From the sequence record NC_071007.1: a DNA stretch of 64,000 nucleotides. One strand, given 5' to 3'. Positions within the stretch are counted from its first letter, which is position 1. Every line of letters starts with the position of its first letter. The notes beneath the pieces are model-generated. The model was not told the DNA's origin and did no database searches. It was given only the letters and a program-made list of their open reading frames with translations. This document shows positions 38,101-46,194 of this stretch, in pieces. The position numbers and the translations under genes are program-made.

Positions 38101-38925
38101 TTAATCCTCAAATGGATCAAATGGGGGTTTTGGTTTTTCTTCAACGGGTGGCAATTGTTCTGGTTCTAACAAATTACCTGTCCAGTCAAAATTAAATTGA
38201 TTATCAGTTACTTCCAAAACAAACAGTTTATCGTTATCCGATACTTTTCCTTCAGTATTCCAAGTAAACAAAATCTTTTCGATTCTTTTGATAATATCCC
38301 CATCCGGATCAATAGGTTGATCAGCAAATTTAAAATTATCACGAATATAGATAACTTGTTGCAGAGTCCGAGGATCCACATTGTGCTTACGATAATACCA
38401 CAGAGGAATCATACCGCTAATTGTATTATCCGTATTATCTTGTTCGGTAATAGATTTGACTTGCAGGGCAAATTGTTTAACTAAGTCATCACGTTCTTGA
38501 TCTTCGGCATGAAGAGCATGGGACGCGTAAGAACCACAGAAATTAAGTTTCTCAATACCTTCTTGGGAAAGACCCATGTCTGTAAATTTACGGATCAGCA
38601 ATACAGGTTCTTTTTGCTCGTTAATGACAATAACACCTTTGGTGAAACCATCAGTAAGCAAACTCCACTCTTCCATGTTGAAATAGTTTTTATCACCAAC
38701 TTGATGAATGGCGAATTGTACCAACCAGTTATTAACAAAATAATCTTCTTCCATCAAAACGTGTTCAACAAATAACCCATCTGGGGTTTGAATAACACGT
38801 TGTTGTCCAACGGTTGCGTATTTAAAAGAACCTGTCAAAAACTCCAGTAACTTACCATGATCCATTTGATCAATATTTTCAAGGCCTTTGGTATTGAGTG
38901 TTTCAAAGGTAATTTGTTCAGACAT
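38101..38925 (-). CDS. Conserved hypothetical protein
   Basis: 274-aa ORF overlapping the upstream stop. Confidence 0.6.
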   Translation of the reverse strand: MSEQITFETLNTKGLENIDQMDHGKLLEFLTGSFKYATVGQQRVIQTPDGLFVEHVLMEEDYFVNNWLVQFAIHQVGDKNYFNMEEWSLLTDGFTKGVIVINEQKEPVLLIRKFTDMGLSQEGIEKLNFCGSYASHALHAEDQERDDLVKQFALQVKSITEQDNTDNTISGMIPLWYYRKHNVDPRTLQQVIYIRDNFKFADQPIDPDGDIIKRIEKILFTWNTEGKVSDNDKLFVLEVTDNQFNFDWTGNLLEPEQLPPVEEKPKPPFDPFED

Positions 38926-39322
38926 TTTTTCTTCCTTCTCTTATTTTTTCAAAAGTTTTTCCATTCAATAAAACTGAATGCGAAATATCGTAATAGTTGT
39001 CTTTTTCTAATACTCGACCAGAAACAGCAAGAGTAAACATTTTGTTTCCTACTTCGTAACCGGGAGCTGAAGCTTTAACTTCTGCTCCATCAAAACACTC
39101 GAGTAGAAAACTTTGTAAATTTGTTTGAATCTCTTCCAAGAATCCATCTATTTGTTTATCGTCTTGGTGTTTTGCAACAACATATTGAAAACTCTGGATA
39201 TTTCTAAAAATAATAGATTGATCCTTGCGATTAGCAAACCAATAAGCAATTAATCTATCTATTTTTACGACAGGTTCATTTACCCATCCTAATGTATCCA
39301 TTGTTCCGACCATTCCAGCCAT
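38918..39322 (-). CDS. Conserved hypothetical protein
   Basis: 134-aa ORF with SD ggag. Confidence 0.6.
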   Translation of the reverse strand: MAGMVGTMDTLGWVNEPVVKIDRLIAYWFANRKDQSIIFRNIQSFQYVVAKHQDDKQIDGFLEEIQTNLQSFLLECFDGAEVKASAPGYEVGNKMFTLAVSGRVLEKDNYYDISHSVLLNGKTFEKIREGRKNV

Positions 39323-39354
39323 AACAACTCCAGAAAAAAAAAATAATAAAAGAA

Positions 39355-39378
39355 AGTCCGACCCAATTGGGTCGGACT
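39355..39378 (-). terminator. 24-bp perfect palindrome / terminator
   Basis: agtccgacccaa|ttgggtcggact, with an A tract to its left. Confidence 0.7.
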
Positions 39379-39384
39379 ATTTCT

Positions 39385-39522
39385 TTACGCTTCATTGAAA
39401 CGGGCCATTTGGCGAGGTTGTTTTTGTTTTTTGTTTTCTTTCCACTCTTTGTAATAATGGAAAGCCAAAGAACCAAAAACGACCAGACCGATAGAACCAA
39501 AGAAAACGTTAGCGATTGTCAT
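39385..39522 (-). CDS. Small single-pass membrane protein (45 aa), not in the ORF track
   Basis: MTIANVFFGSIGLVVFGSLAFHYYKEWKENKKQKQPRQMARFNEA; SD aagga; hydrophobic N-terminus and basic tail; followed directly by the terminator. Confidence 0.7.
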   Translation of the reverse strand: MTIANVFFGSIGLVVFGSLAFHYYKEWKENKKQKQPRQMARFNEA

Positions 39523-39533
39523 GTTATATCCTT

Positions 39534-40010
39534 TTATTTCATTTTAGAGACGTTACTGATGCGATCAAAATCCATCAGGATATCTTTCAAAGTTTCAGCT
39601 GCGGGACAGAGAGTCATATCCAGACCGTAAGAAAAAACTTCAGCCAGCTTGATATCAAGCCATGGAATGAGTTGTTCAATTGTGCTGTACGGAGGATTTA
39701 CTTGGGTTAAACATTTGGCACTGTCATACAGCACCCAGGCTACAGTAAGAATATCAGCGATTCCAACAATAGCTTGTTTACGATCTTTATGACCTTTTGC
39801 AAAGTCTTTTGAATCAAGAACGTTGCAAAAATAGATCATTACTGCGGAAGTAAAAACCTCCAACTTTCTAGATCGTTTTTCAACCAGCTGGTGGTGTTTT
39901 TCCATTTCCACTTTGTCACCCAGGTCTAATTTAACCAGGGCGTTGTTTCCGGTGATGGCAGCCAGATTCTCAAAGAAAATATCGCCCGGACTCTTGTCGG
40001 TGTTAGACAT
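39534..40010 (-). CDS. Hypothetical protein with its own early-type promoter
   Basis: 158 aa; SD aggag; promoter motif at 40054..40073. Confidence 0.65.
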   Translation of the reverse strand: MSNTDKSPGDIFFENLAAITGNNALVKLDLGDKVEMEKHHQLVEKRSRKLEVFTSAVMIYFCNVLDSKDFAKGHKDRKQAIVGIADILTVAWVLYDSAKCLTQVNPPYSTIEQLIPWLDIKLAEVFSYGLDMTLCPAAETLKDILMDFDRISNVSKMK

Positions 40011-40053
40011 ATCTCTCTCCTAACTAAATTAGTTAAACATTGTTGTTGTTTAT

Positions 40054-40073
40054 CACTTTAGTAATATAGGTTT
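40054..40073 (-). promoter_or_regulatory. Phage early promoter (phiKZ-type TATATTAC)
   Basis: Minus strand AAACC-TATATTAC-taaag-TG. Confidence 0.7.
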
Positions 40074-40088
40074 GAGATAGAATGGGTA

Positions 40089-40568
40089 TTAATGTTTACA
40101 CTCATTCCAAGTCTCTCGACACAACTTAATGGTTTTAGGGAAAAGATCTTTCTCCCACATCTTGTTAAGAATACGATATCCAATTTCTGTTGAAGGTCCG
40201 TAGTTCAAAGAAATGTGAAGTTTAAGATCTGGGAAGCTATGTTGGAAACCAAGATCTAAAAGTTGTTTAAATCGTTTCTGTACTGCTTCACATTCAAGTA
40301 CAAGAACTAGTGCATAGTAATTCCCATTTGGATTACCCATCTTCTCAAAAGCAACTACATTGGCTGTATAGATAGTATTATCAATACCTGGATCAATATT
40401 TGGATCACGTTTGTCATACATTAAAGTTGCATGGATTTCATTACCAGATAAATTAACCATTTCCCATTTTTCTTCTTCTGGAAATTCCTTAAGGTATTTA
40501 CTCACTGCATTATAAATATCTGAAATTGATTTAACGTCAACGCACAGTGACGAGTATCCCATTCCCAT
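40089..40568 (-). CDS. acb1: Anti-CBASS nuclease Acb1-like 2H phosphodiesterase (T4 gp57B family)
   Basis: Two 2H motifs, IHATLMY and LHISLNY. ALVLVLECEAVQKRFKQLLDLGFQHSFPDLKLHISLNY aligns by eye with T4 57B [38 protein letters not shown] (recalled sequence). Confidence 0.8.
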   Translation of the reverse strand: MGMGYSSLCVDVKSISDIYNAVSKYLKEFPEEEKWEMVNLSGNEIHATLMYDKRDPNIDPGIDNTIYTANVVAFEKMGNPNGNYYALVLVLECEAVQKRFKQLLDLGFQHSFPDLKLHISLNYGPSTEIGYRILNKMWEKDLFPKTIKLCRETWNECKH

Positions 40569-40948
40569 TACGATTTCTCCGTATCATATACATTTCTTGC
40601 TTTACGATTTTCAATACGACTATTCAATGCAAACAGTGCTGACTTCAAACCATCTAATGCAATATCATTATACTCGCATTTAAATTGATTTTGATTAAAC
40701 TTATCTAATCTATAAATACAGGTTGCGATAACAGCTTCTAGCGTTGCACCATTTATGCCCACGGTAGGTGAGCCATTTTGAAAGGTAATTTTACCTAATT
40801 CTTTTTGTTCATTATCTAAAACGACATAATCATTTAAAGACCCAGAACGAATAATCGTACATATATCATCAGTATGAATAATTTCAGTTGTTAATTCCAT
40901 TTTAAATCCAAATAAAAAATAGTTGTAGGTAAAAGAGGTAACTGCCAT
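40568..40948 (-). CDS. tad1: Tad1-like immune-signal sponge protein (Thoeris anti-defence 1 family)
   Basis: ITFQNG...RLDKFNQNQFKCEYNDIALDGLKSALFALNSRIENRKARNVYDT aligns by eye with Tad1 IKFQKG...[44 protein letters not shown] (recalled sequence). Confidence 0.7.
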   Translation of the reverse strand: MAVTSFTYNYFLFGFKMELTTEIIHTDDICTIIRSGSLNDYVVLDNEQKELGKITFQNGSPTVGINGATLEAVIATCIYRLDKFNQNQFKCEYNDIALDGLKSALFALNSRIENRKARNVYDTEKS

Positions 40949-40968
40949 TGGCAGTTACCTCTCACTTA

Positions 40969-41643
40969 TTAATCCCCGCTTTCAGCTTCTTCTAATGCTT
41001 TTCTTCTTTCCTCTAATACCTTAAGGGCAGCTTCGTCATCAAGACGATTTTCCCCCAGCATATTAGTTGGATCAAATAGTTCATTTGCAAGATGCAAATT
41101 AGAAGCCTGCCACGTTCTGAAAATATCAATTCTTTCTTTAACAGAAAGTCTGACAAAATCGTCGCGATTAGTTAAGTATTGAGTTCGTTCAATAATCCCA
41201 TCATCATTCAGACGATTGAGACCATCTACTGCTCTATTATAGAAATAGTTATCACGCCCTATTCCAGTACAATATGCAGAAAACTCACTATCATAACCAC
41301 TGATGTGTCCGGAATCATAAAGTTCCATCATAAGCGGATTTGCCATGATGTAATTTCTCATGAATCCAACCGCTTGTTGTTGGTATTTCAGATCGCTTAG
41401 ATAACCAATCTCAAAACGGCCTACGTAGTAACCGTCTTTACCGACCCTGCTAGAAAATTCCCACATTCGAGAGTTCATGAATTTCTCGTGGGATTTTTTA
41501 ACACTATCAATTGCGCCTGATAACCAACCCGTCAGATTACTAAATTGATTATAAAGTCCTCCCATATAACTGTTGTAAGAAGCGGCAGCACCTTCTGACA
41601 TAGCGCCACCACAACCATACATAAAAGCGCTGGTTGCATTCAC
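40969..41643 (-). CDS. Conserved chimallivirus protein (probably phiKZ gp59-like by synteny)
   Basis: 224 aa, GTG start immediately after the nvRNAP exon-2 stop. Confidence 0.5.
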   Translation of the reverse strand: MNATSAFMYGCGGAMSEGAAASYNSYMGGLYNQFSNLTGWLSGAIDSVKKSHEKFMNSRMWEFSSRVGKDGYYVGRFEIGYLSDLKYQQQAVGFMRNYIMANPLMMELYDSGHISGYDSEFSAYCTGIGRDNYFYNRAVDGLNRLNDDGIIERTQYLTNRDDFVRLSVKERIDIFRTWQASNLHLANELFDPTNMLGENRLDDEAALKVLEERRKALEEAESGD

Positions 41644-41646
41644 TTA

Positions 41647-41841
41647 CTAATCCTCTTGTATGGGTTCATCCAAAAACAGTGCGTTCATATTTAACAAGTT
41701 TGTTTTAGTTGCAGTTGCAAAACGACTTGTCTTAAACAGGCGGTTTGGATCCAACATTTGGTGGTGTCCAAAAGAACTATACGCTTGAATTCGACTAATT
41801 AGGTCTGGCAACATAATGCAATACATTTGGTCTCCATCAAA
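41647..41841 (-). CDS. nvRNAP beta'-N subunit, exon 2
   Basis: Begins TTT GAT GGA GAC (FDGD) right after the intron's terminal G; 64 aa + stop. Confidence 0.9.
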   Translation of the reverse strand, partial: FDGDQMYCIMLPDLISRIQAYSSFGHHQMLDPNRLFKTSRFATATKTNLLNMNALFLDEPIQED

Positions 41842-42432
41842 CCTTTTGTCCACGTTATTACCGTTCACCCGAAGGTTATCATAATAACGCCGGTGCGATA
41901 CCTGGCACCCGCCATCCTTATTAGGGTGGAGCAGACTATATCATTACCTACGCCATTACACGGTTAGGTACTTCATACTTCAGATCACCTGGTGACCCTA
42001 CTCCCAGCCACGGGATAGTCGTTGAACCTGATTCGTATCCATTCATCTCGAATGTATTTAGAACCTCGGCTGCTTGGGAACCCCTTGTTAATATCCCTTA
42101 GCATTATTTTTTAGCTTAGGACAGGTTCTCTGTTGTTTCTGTCTTTCGACACCATGAACATGAATGTTTCCAAACATGATTAGGTAGAGAACTTTTGTGG
42201 GTTTTCCAGCAATTCAAAAAGTACACACTAGGACTTTCACCCCAGCGGGACTGTTGCATTAACACTCAGATATAACTTAACACATGTCCTTTCCAGTGAC
42301 CTTTTGATCAATGCATTCTTTTTGACAATGCAGCATCGGTACTACCTAGTTTTTCAGCAGCAATATAAATTTAATTAAAGTTCTGAGTTGTTTCATTCTC
42401 ACCTTTGGCTTTGGTGAGTGTTAATGCAGTTT
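41842..42432 (-). mobile_element. Group I self-splicing intron (591 nt, no intact ORF)
   Basis: Exon 1 ends in U (GCC GAU) and the intron ends in G (AAAAGG). Core elements P AAUUGCUGGAAA (42203-14), Q CCAAGCAG (42070-77), R GUUCAACGACUA (42016-27), S GAUAUAGUCU (41933-42); P7 GACUA/UAGUC. Splicing restores GADFDGD. Confidence 0.92.
42266..42421 (-). pseudogene. Relic of a homing-endonuclease C-terminal DNA-binding (NUMOD1-like) domain in the intron's 5' loop
   Basis: Frame reads TLTKAKGENETTQNFN*IYIAAEKLGSTDAALSKRMH*SKGHWKGHVLSYI*, with two internal stops. Confidence 0.55.
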
Positions 42433-43830
42433 ATCGGCACCAAATTCTTTTACGACTGTTATTGGAATACGTATTGATTTATCTTCAACGTCCCTATTGA
42501 ATTTCAAAAAGAACGTTCTTGCAGAGAGATATTGAATAGAAGGATTTCGACCTGCAATTGCCATTGCATATTGGTTAGTTTCTACCCAATCAAAGAACTC
42601 TTCAACAACCGGATGTCGATAGTTGGCCGCACTTCGAATAATCTCTTTTGCTTTTAATGGACTGTAACCTTTTACACGGTACAGCCAGTTTGATAAATGT
42701 TTATCATAACAAGTAATCCCGTACAACCAAGGAACTACAATGGTATCAGACCTACAAACACCAGATTCACCAGTGATGATAGACCGCCCAGTCATAGGGA
42801 GTTTACCAGCACCTGCATGGTAACGAATCATCCCCTTCTTCTTAAACACTACCGCTTCCATGACTTTATACATCACAGTCCGGAGTTTGGTAAAGTTTTT
42901 ACCCATCAACGTTCCGTTGTCTTCTGAACGAATGTCATAAGCCGGGAACATATCAGCAATGGTAAAGAAGAATTTATCTAGATCTGTCTTTTCTTTATTG
43001 ATATAACGATCTCGTTGATCGCTTTCAATAATGGTGGTTATTTTATTTGGTATTGGGAAATATTGGCTTACTGCTAAATGTTTAAATTTATTCCAGAATT
43101 GAGAATAGTGTTCTCTTGAACGATCATCAACATCTAGAATTCCGCAAAGATCCTGATTAACAGCAGCGTCAATAATCAAATCAATGTTTTCAATGAATTG
43201 ATTATATCCAAATTCCAACCCTAATGTATCTCTGAATGCTTCAATTTTGCAAGCAATCTTAAATGCAGTGTTGGTTGGATCCCTAAATCGTTTCTCCTTT
43301 CTTAAATCACTGTTAATCCAGTATTCTACTAAATTAACTTTAGGTGTTTTAGTGTTTAAGTTGTCAAAGAAAACTTTACAAATAGATGGGTTGAGAAACC
43401 CCGCTACTTTATCTGGTGTTCTGAGCCATACCTTTGTTTCTATTTTATCAACCAAAGGTTTAGTAACACTGTGTCCGCAATCTTCGCAGACAATGTCCAT
43501 ATCCAGATAAATATTGGAACGATATTTCTTACATTCGCACGACGCTACTGTATCAAAACAGTTTCCTTCGTACTCTGTTCTAAGTAGGTTAATAATCCGA
43601 GAACGATCTTCTTCTTTGTTAAAATCAAAATCGTTCAGATAAATAGGAGTATTGATAGAACAATTATGTCTGGCATCATAATCGTCAAAATCAGGGTACA
43701 AGGGTTTATAAAAACTTTCATCATCTCTTGGTACTAAAAATCCAGTCTCTTTAATGATCTTATTAAAGATAGCTGATGGCAACAAATTTTCTACTTCATA
43801 AGGTTTTAGTATTTCCGCTAAAGTAGCCAC
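42433..43830 (-). CDS. Non-virion RNA polymerase beta' subunit, N-terminal part (phiKZ gp55-like), exon 1; spliced product 530 aa
   Basis: Zn-finger CECKKY...CEDC, GRSIITG, RNPSIQ, and ends KEFGAD, joined by splicing to FDGD. Confidence 0.9.
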
Positions 43831-43867
43831 ATTACACTCCTGTGTTGCTAATACTTTCTTACTCTCT

Positions 43868-43882
43868 CATAATAATGATATC
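43868..43882 (-). promoter_or_regulatory. Phage promoter motif (1 mismatch) upstream of nvRNAP beta'-N
   Basis: Minus strand GATATCAT-tatta-TG. Confidence 0.5.
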
Positions 43883-43914
43883 TAGTTAAAAATAAAATAG
43901 AAAACATAAAAACA

Positions 43915-43942
43915 CAGAGGGTGGGTTTTACCCCACCCTCTG
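43915..43942 (-). terminator. Terminator after chimallin
   Basis: cagagggtggg-ttttac-cccaccctctg, with a long A-rich tract to its left. Confidence 0.75.
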
Positions 43943-43960
43943 CATAATTACATTTTGATA

Positions 43961-45949
43961 TTACATGGTAGTGAAGAGACCGGACAGACCCAGAGCACTG
44001 TTCTGATTCTGAGGAGCCAGAGTGGCAGTCATCATCATGTTCAGGATCTCGTTGTCTACCTGGTGAGTCCACTGACCATTGTAGTTGGAAGCAGATACCG
44101 CAACAGTACCGGCAGCAACCATTGCCTGTGCCATAGTGGAAGCAAAGGCGTTGGAAACGATCAGACGCAGATCCCAACCTTCGATACGTGCAGTATTGTT
44201 AGTCAGCGCTTGGAGGCGGCTGATGATATTGAACTGACGTACACGAACATCCAGGTTACCGGTACCTTGAATCAGAGCCATGAACTCAGCAATTGCTTGT
44301 TCGTTCTGACCGTAGTATTCCGGCTGACGGAGCCACATTGCATCGATTTCACCCAGATCAAACAGTTTGTTGTCTTTACCAAATGCGGTGCCGTGCGGAC
44401 GCAGCACTTTGGTTTGGTGAACAATTGCATCACCGACTTTCCACTGTTTGTTTTGGTCACGACCTTGCTCGTTACCGTTCTGAGTTGCCAGTTCACTGAA
44501 CTTGCCTTTGGACAGCGCGTTCATACCAGCAATAACTGCACGGTAGTACGGAGAGGTCACATCTTTGCTTGCAACACCAAACCAGAATTCAGCGATGGCA
44601 CTGTTTTCCAGGTTCGGGGCGATATCAATGACATAGACCGGGTTGGTGGAAACATACTTTTGGATCCAGCTGGAAACTACTGCGATGTTCATGATGTTTT
44701 TGTCGGTCAGCAGCTCGTTACCAACATAGACACCAGGGAGCATTGCAGCCAGAGTGTTGTTAAACACACTCAGGTTACCACGGTACCCAACTTCTTTCCC
44801 ACGATAAGCTTCTGCCAGAGTAGCTTGACCGTTTGCACACAGCGCTGCATACAGACCCATGATAGAAGCGATCGGGCTGGCATTGTGGTTCAGGGTTTCA
44901 CCCGGCTGAGAAGTACCGATAGAAACCACCGGAACCAGCGGACCTACACCACCTTGACCAGGACGAGCAACGCGTGCCTGTTGGAATTGACCAGGGCTCA
45001 TCATTTCCAGCTGAACGTTCAGGTTGGTAGTGATGATAGATTTGCTGTTGTTGTTCTGGCTGTAACCGCCTTGGTTTTTGTTGGTAGAAGCCAGTTTAAC
45101 GCTCAGGTTGTACGGAGTAGGAACACCATTGTGAACATGACGGCTCATCGCTTCAATGCGAGCCAGAGCAGCATCGTGATCACCAAACAGTTTACCGTCT
45201 TTTGCCGGAGAAGGCAGAGTGACGTTGTTCTTAACACCCAGCAGAATGCCCAGAGAGAGCAGACCCAGGTTCCAGTCATCCATCATGCGGTTAACAACAG
45301 CACGGATCAGATCACCTTCTTTGATGTCATTCTTGATGTAACGTTCCAGGTTGATTACGTTTTGGGACATTACATAAACTTCATCCATCTTGTTGCCTTC
45401 AACAATACCAAAGGCTTGCTTGACACGAGTCAGCAGCTCTTTGGTCATGAAGCTGTTCGGAACTTTAGCAAAGCCACGCGGTGCTTCGTTTTGCAGTTGA
45501 ACAGTATCGGTAGCGTCAGTGACACCATCTTTGAAGAACAGGACCGGCATAACGAATGCAACTTTATTGATGATGGTGTAAACAGCAACACCGGGCAGTT
45601 GCGGAGAAATTTCAGTAGACAGAGTTTGAACAGCTTTGGGCAGAGTTGCTTTTTGAGCTTCTGCGGCGGTGTTCATACGCAGAGTTTTGGTACGCTCATC
45701 CAACTCTTTGATAACCAGATCCAGCTCAGGGATTTGATGTTGGCTGGCGACGATGTTGTGCATACCCAGGAGAGTGGTCAGAGCATTAACGGAAGTGGAC
45801 ATGTTTACGTTTCCTTGTTGTTTAGAAGATGAATCTTTAATTTCGGGTTCGGATTGAAAAGGCTTATCTTGCGGTTGCTGACCAAAAGAAATGTCAGCGC
45901 CAAGTTGATGACCAGATTGCGACTCTGGAATATCATCAGTTTCGATCAT
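43961..45949 (-). CDS. chmA: Chimallin, phage nuclear shell protein
   Basis: 662 aa; disordered N-terminus. NPVYVIDIAPN...VIAGMNALSKGKFSE and KLFDLGEIDAM correspond to recalled 201phi2-1 gp105 segments NPVFQIDLNR...IIRQINNLGGGGFER and KRDRRDLDNL. Directly upstream of beta'-N; very strong high-expression codon bias; SD taagga. Confidence 0.88.
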   Translation of the reverse strand: MIETDDIPESQSGHQLGADISFGQQPQDKPFQSEPEIKDSSSKQQGNVNMSTSVNALTTLLGMHNIVASQHQIPELDLVIKELDERTKTLRMNTAAEAQKATLPKAVQTLSTEISPQLPGVAVYTIINKVAFVMPVLFFKDGVTDATDTVQLQNEAPRGFAKVPNSFMTKELLTRVKQAFGIVEGNKMDEVYVMSQNVINLERYIKNDIKEGDLIRAVVNRMMDDWNLGLLSLGILLGVKNNVTLPSPAKDGKLFGDHDAALARIEAMSRHVHNGVPTPYNLSVKLASTNKNQGGYSQNNNSKSIITTNLNVQLEMMSPGQFQQARVARPGQGGVGPLVPVVSIGTSQPGETLNHNASPIASIMGLYAALCANGQATLAEAYRGKEVGYRGNLSVFNNTLAAMLPGVYVGNELLTDKNIMNIAVVSSWIQKYVSTNPVYVIDIAPNLENSAIAEFWFGVASKDVTSPYYRAVIAGMNALSKGKFSELATQNGNEQGRDQNKQWKVGDAIVHQTKVLRPHGTAFGKDNKLFDLGEIDAMWLRQPEYYGQNEQAIAEFMALIQGTGNLDVRVRQFNIISRLQALTNNTARIEGWDLRLIVSNAFASTMAQAMVAAGTVAVSASNYNGQWTHQVDNEILNMMMTATLAPQNQNSALGLSGLFTTM

Positions 45950-46023
45950 GACTTTTTATTCCTTAGCTAAGAATAGTGATTATTGTTGAGAATAAAAGAA
46001 ATCTAAATATCCAACTCCCTTTA

Positions 46024-46043
46024 CACTCTAGTAATATCGGTTT
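46024..46043 (-). promoter_or_regulatory. Phage early promoter upstream of chimallin
   Basis: Minus strand AAACC-GATATTAC-tagag-TG. Confidence 0.7.
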
Positions 46044-46116
46044 CAAAAATTATAGAAATAACTTTTTAACCGGAATTGTTTGCATAAATTTACAATAGAC
46101 GTATATCTACCGCATT

Positions 46117-46140
46117 CTAACTAATCCGTAGATTAGTTAG
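46117..46140. other. Hairpin in the divergent intergenic region
   Basis: ctaactaatc-cgta-gattagttag. Confidence 0.45.
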
Positions 46141-46194
46141 TTGTTTACATATAATAGTAAATTAGGTAGAAAAATAATTTACAAGGATTTGACA

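Noticed and set aside
39276-39500. 74-aa minus-strand ORF in the track
   Set aside because: It crosses the terminator and overlaps the next gene; the 45-aa ORF in another frame (39385..39522) has an SD and a sensible end.
40568-40948. Acb2 as the identity of the 126-aa protein
   Set aside because: It lacks the recalled Acb2 pattern (GYRxLS...WxAIxKT...RAIAQP); the C-terminus fits Tad1 much better.
41647-41868. 73-aa ORF MNGNNVDKRFDGD... as an independent gene
   Set aside because: Its first 9 codons lie inside the group I intron; the rest is exon 2 of nvRNAP beta'-N.
22384-42432. Idea that the free-standing HNH mobilises the ORF-less intron (collaborative homing)
   Set aside because: The two are about 19 kb apart, and the duplicated helicase end points to a local target.
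43955-45832. 625-aa + strand ORF antisense to chimallin
   Set aside because: Mirror frame created by chimallin's strong codon bias; no SD, protein-unlike composition, and it ends where the biased region ends.
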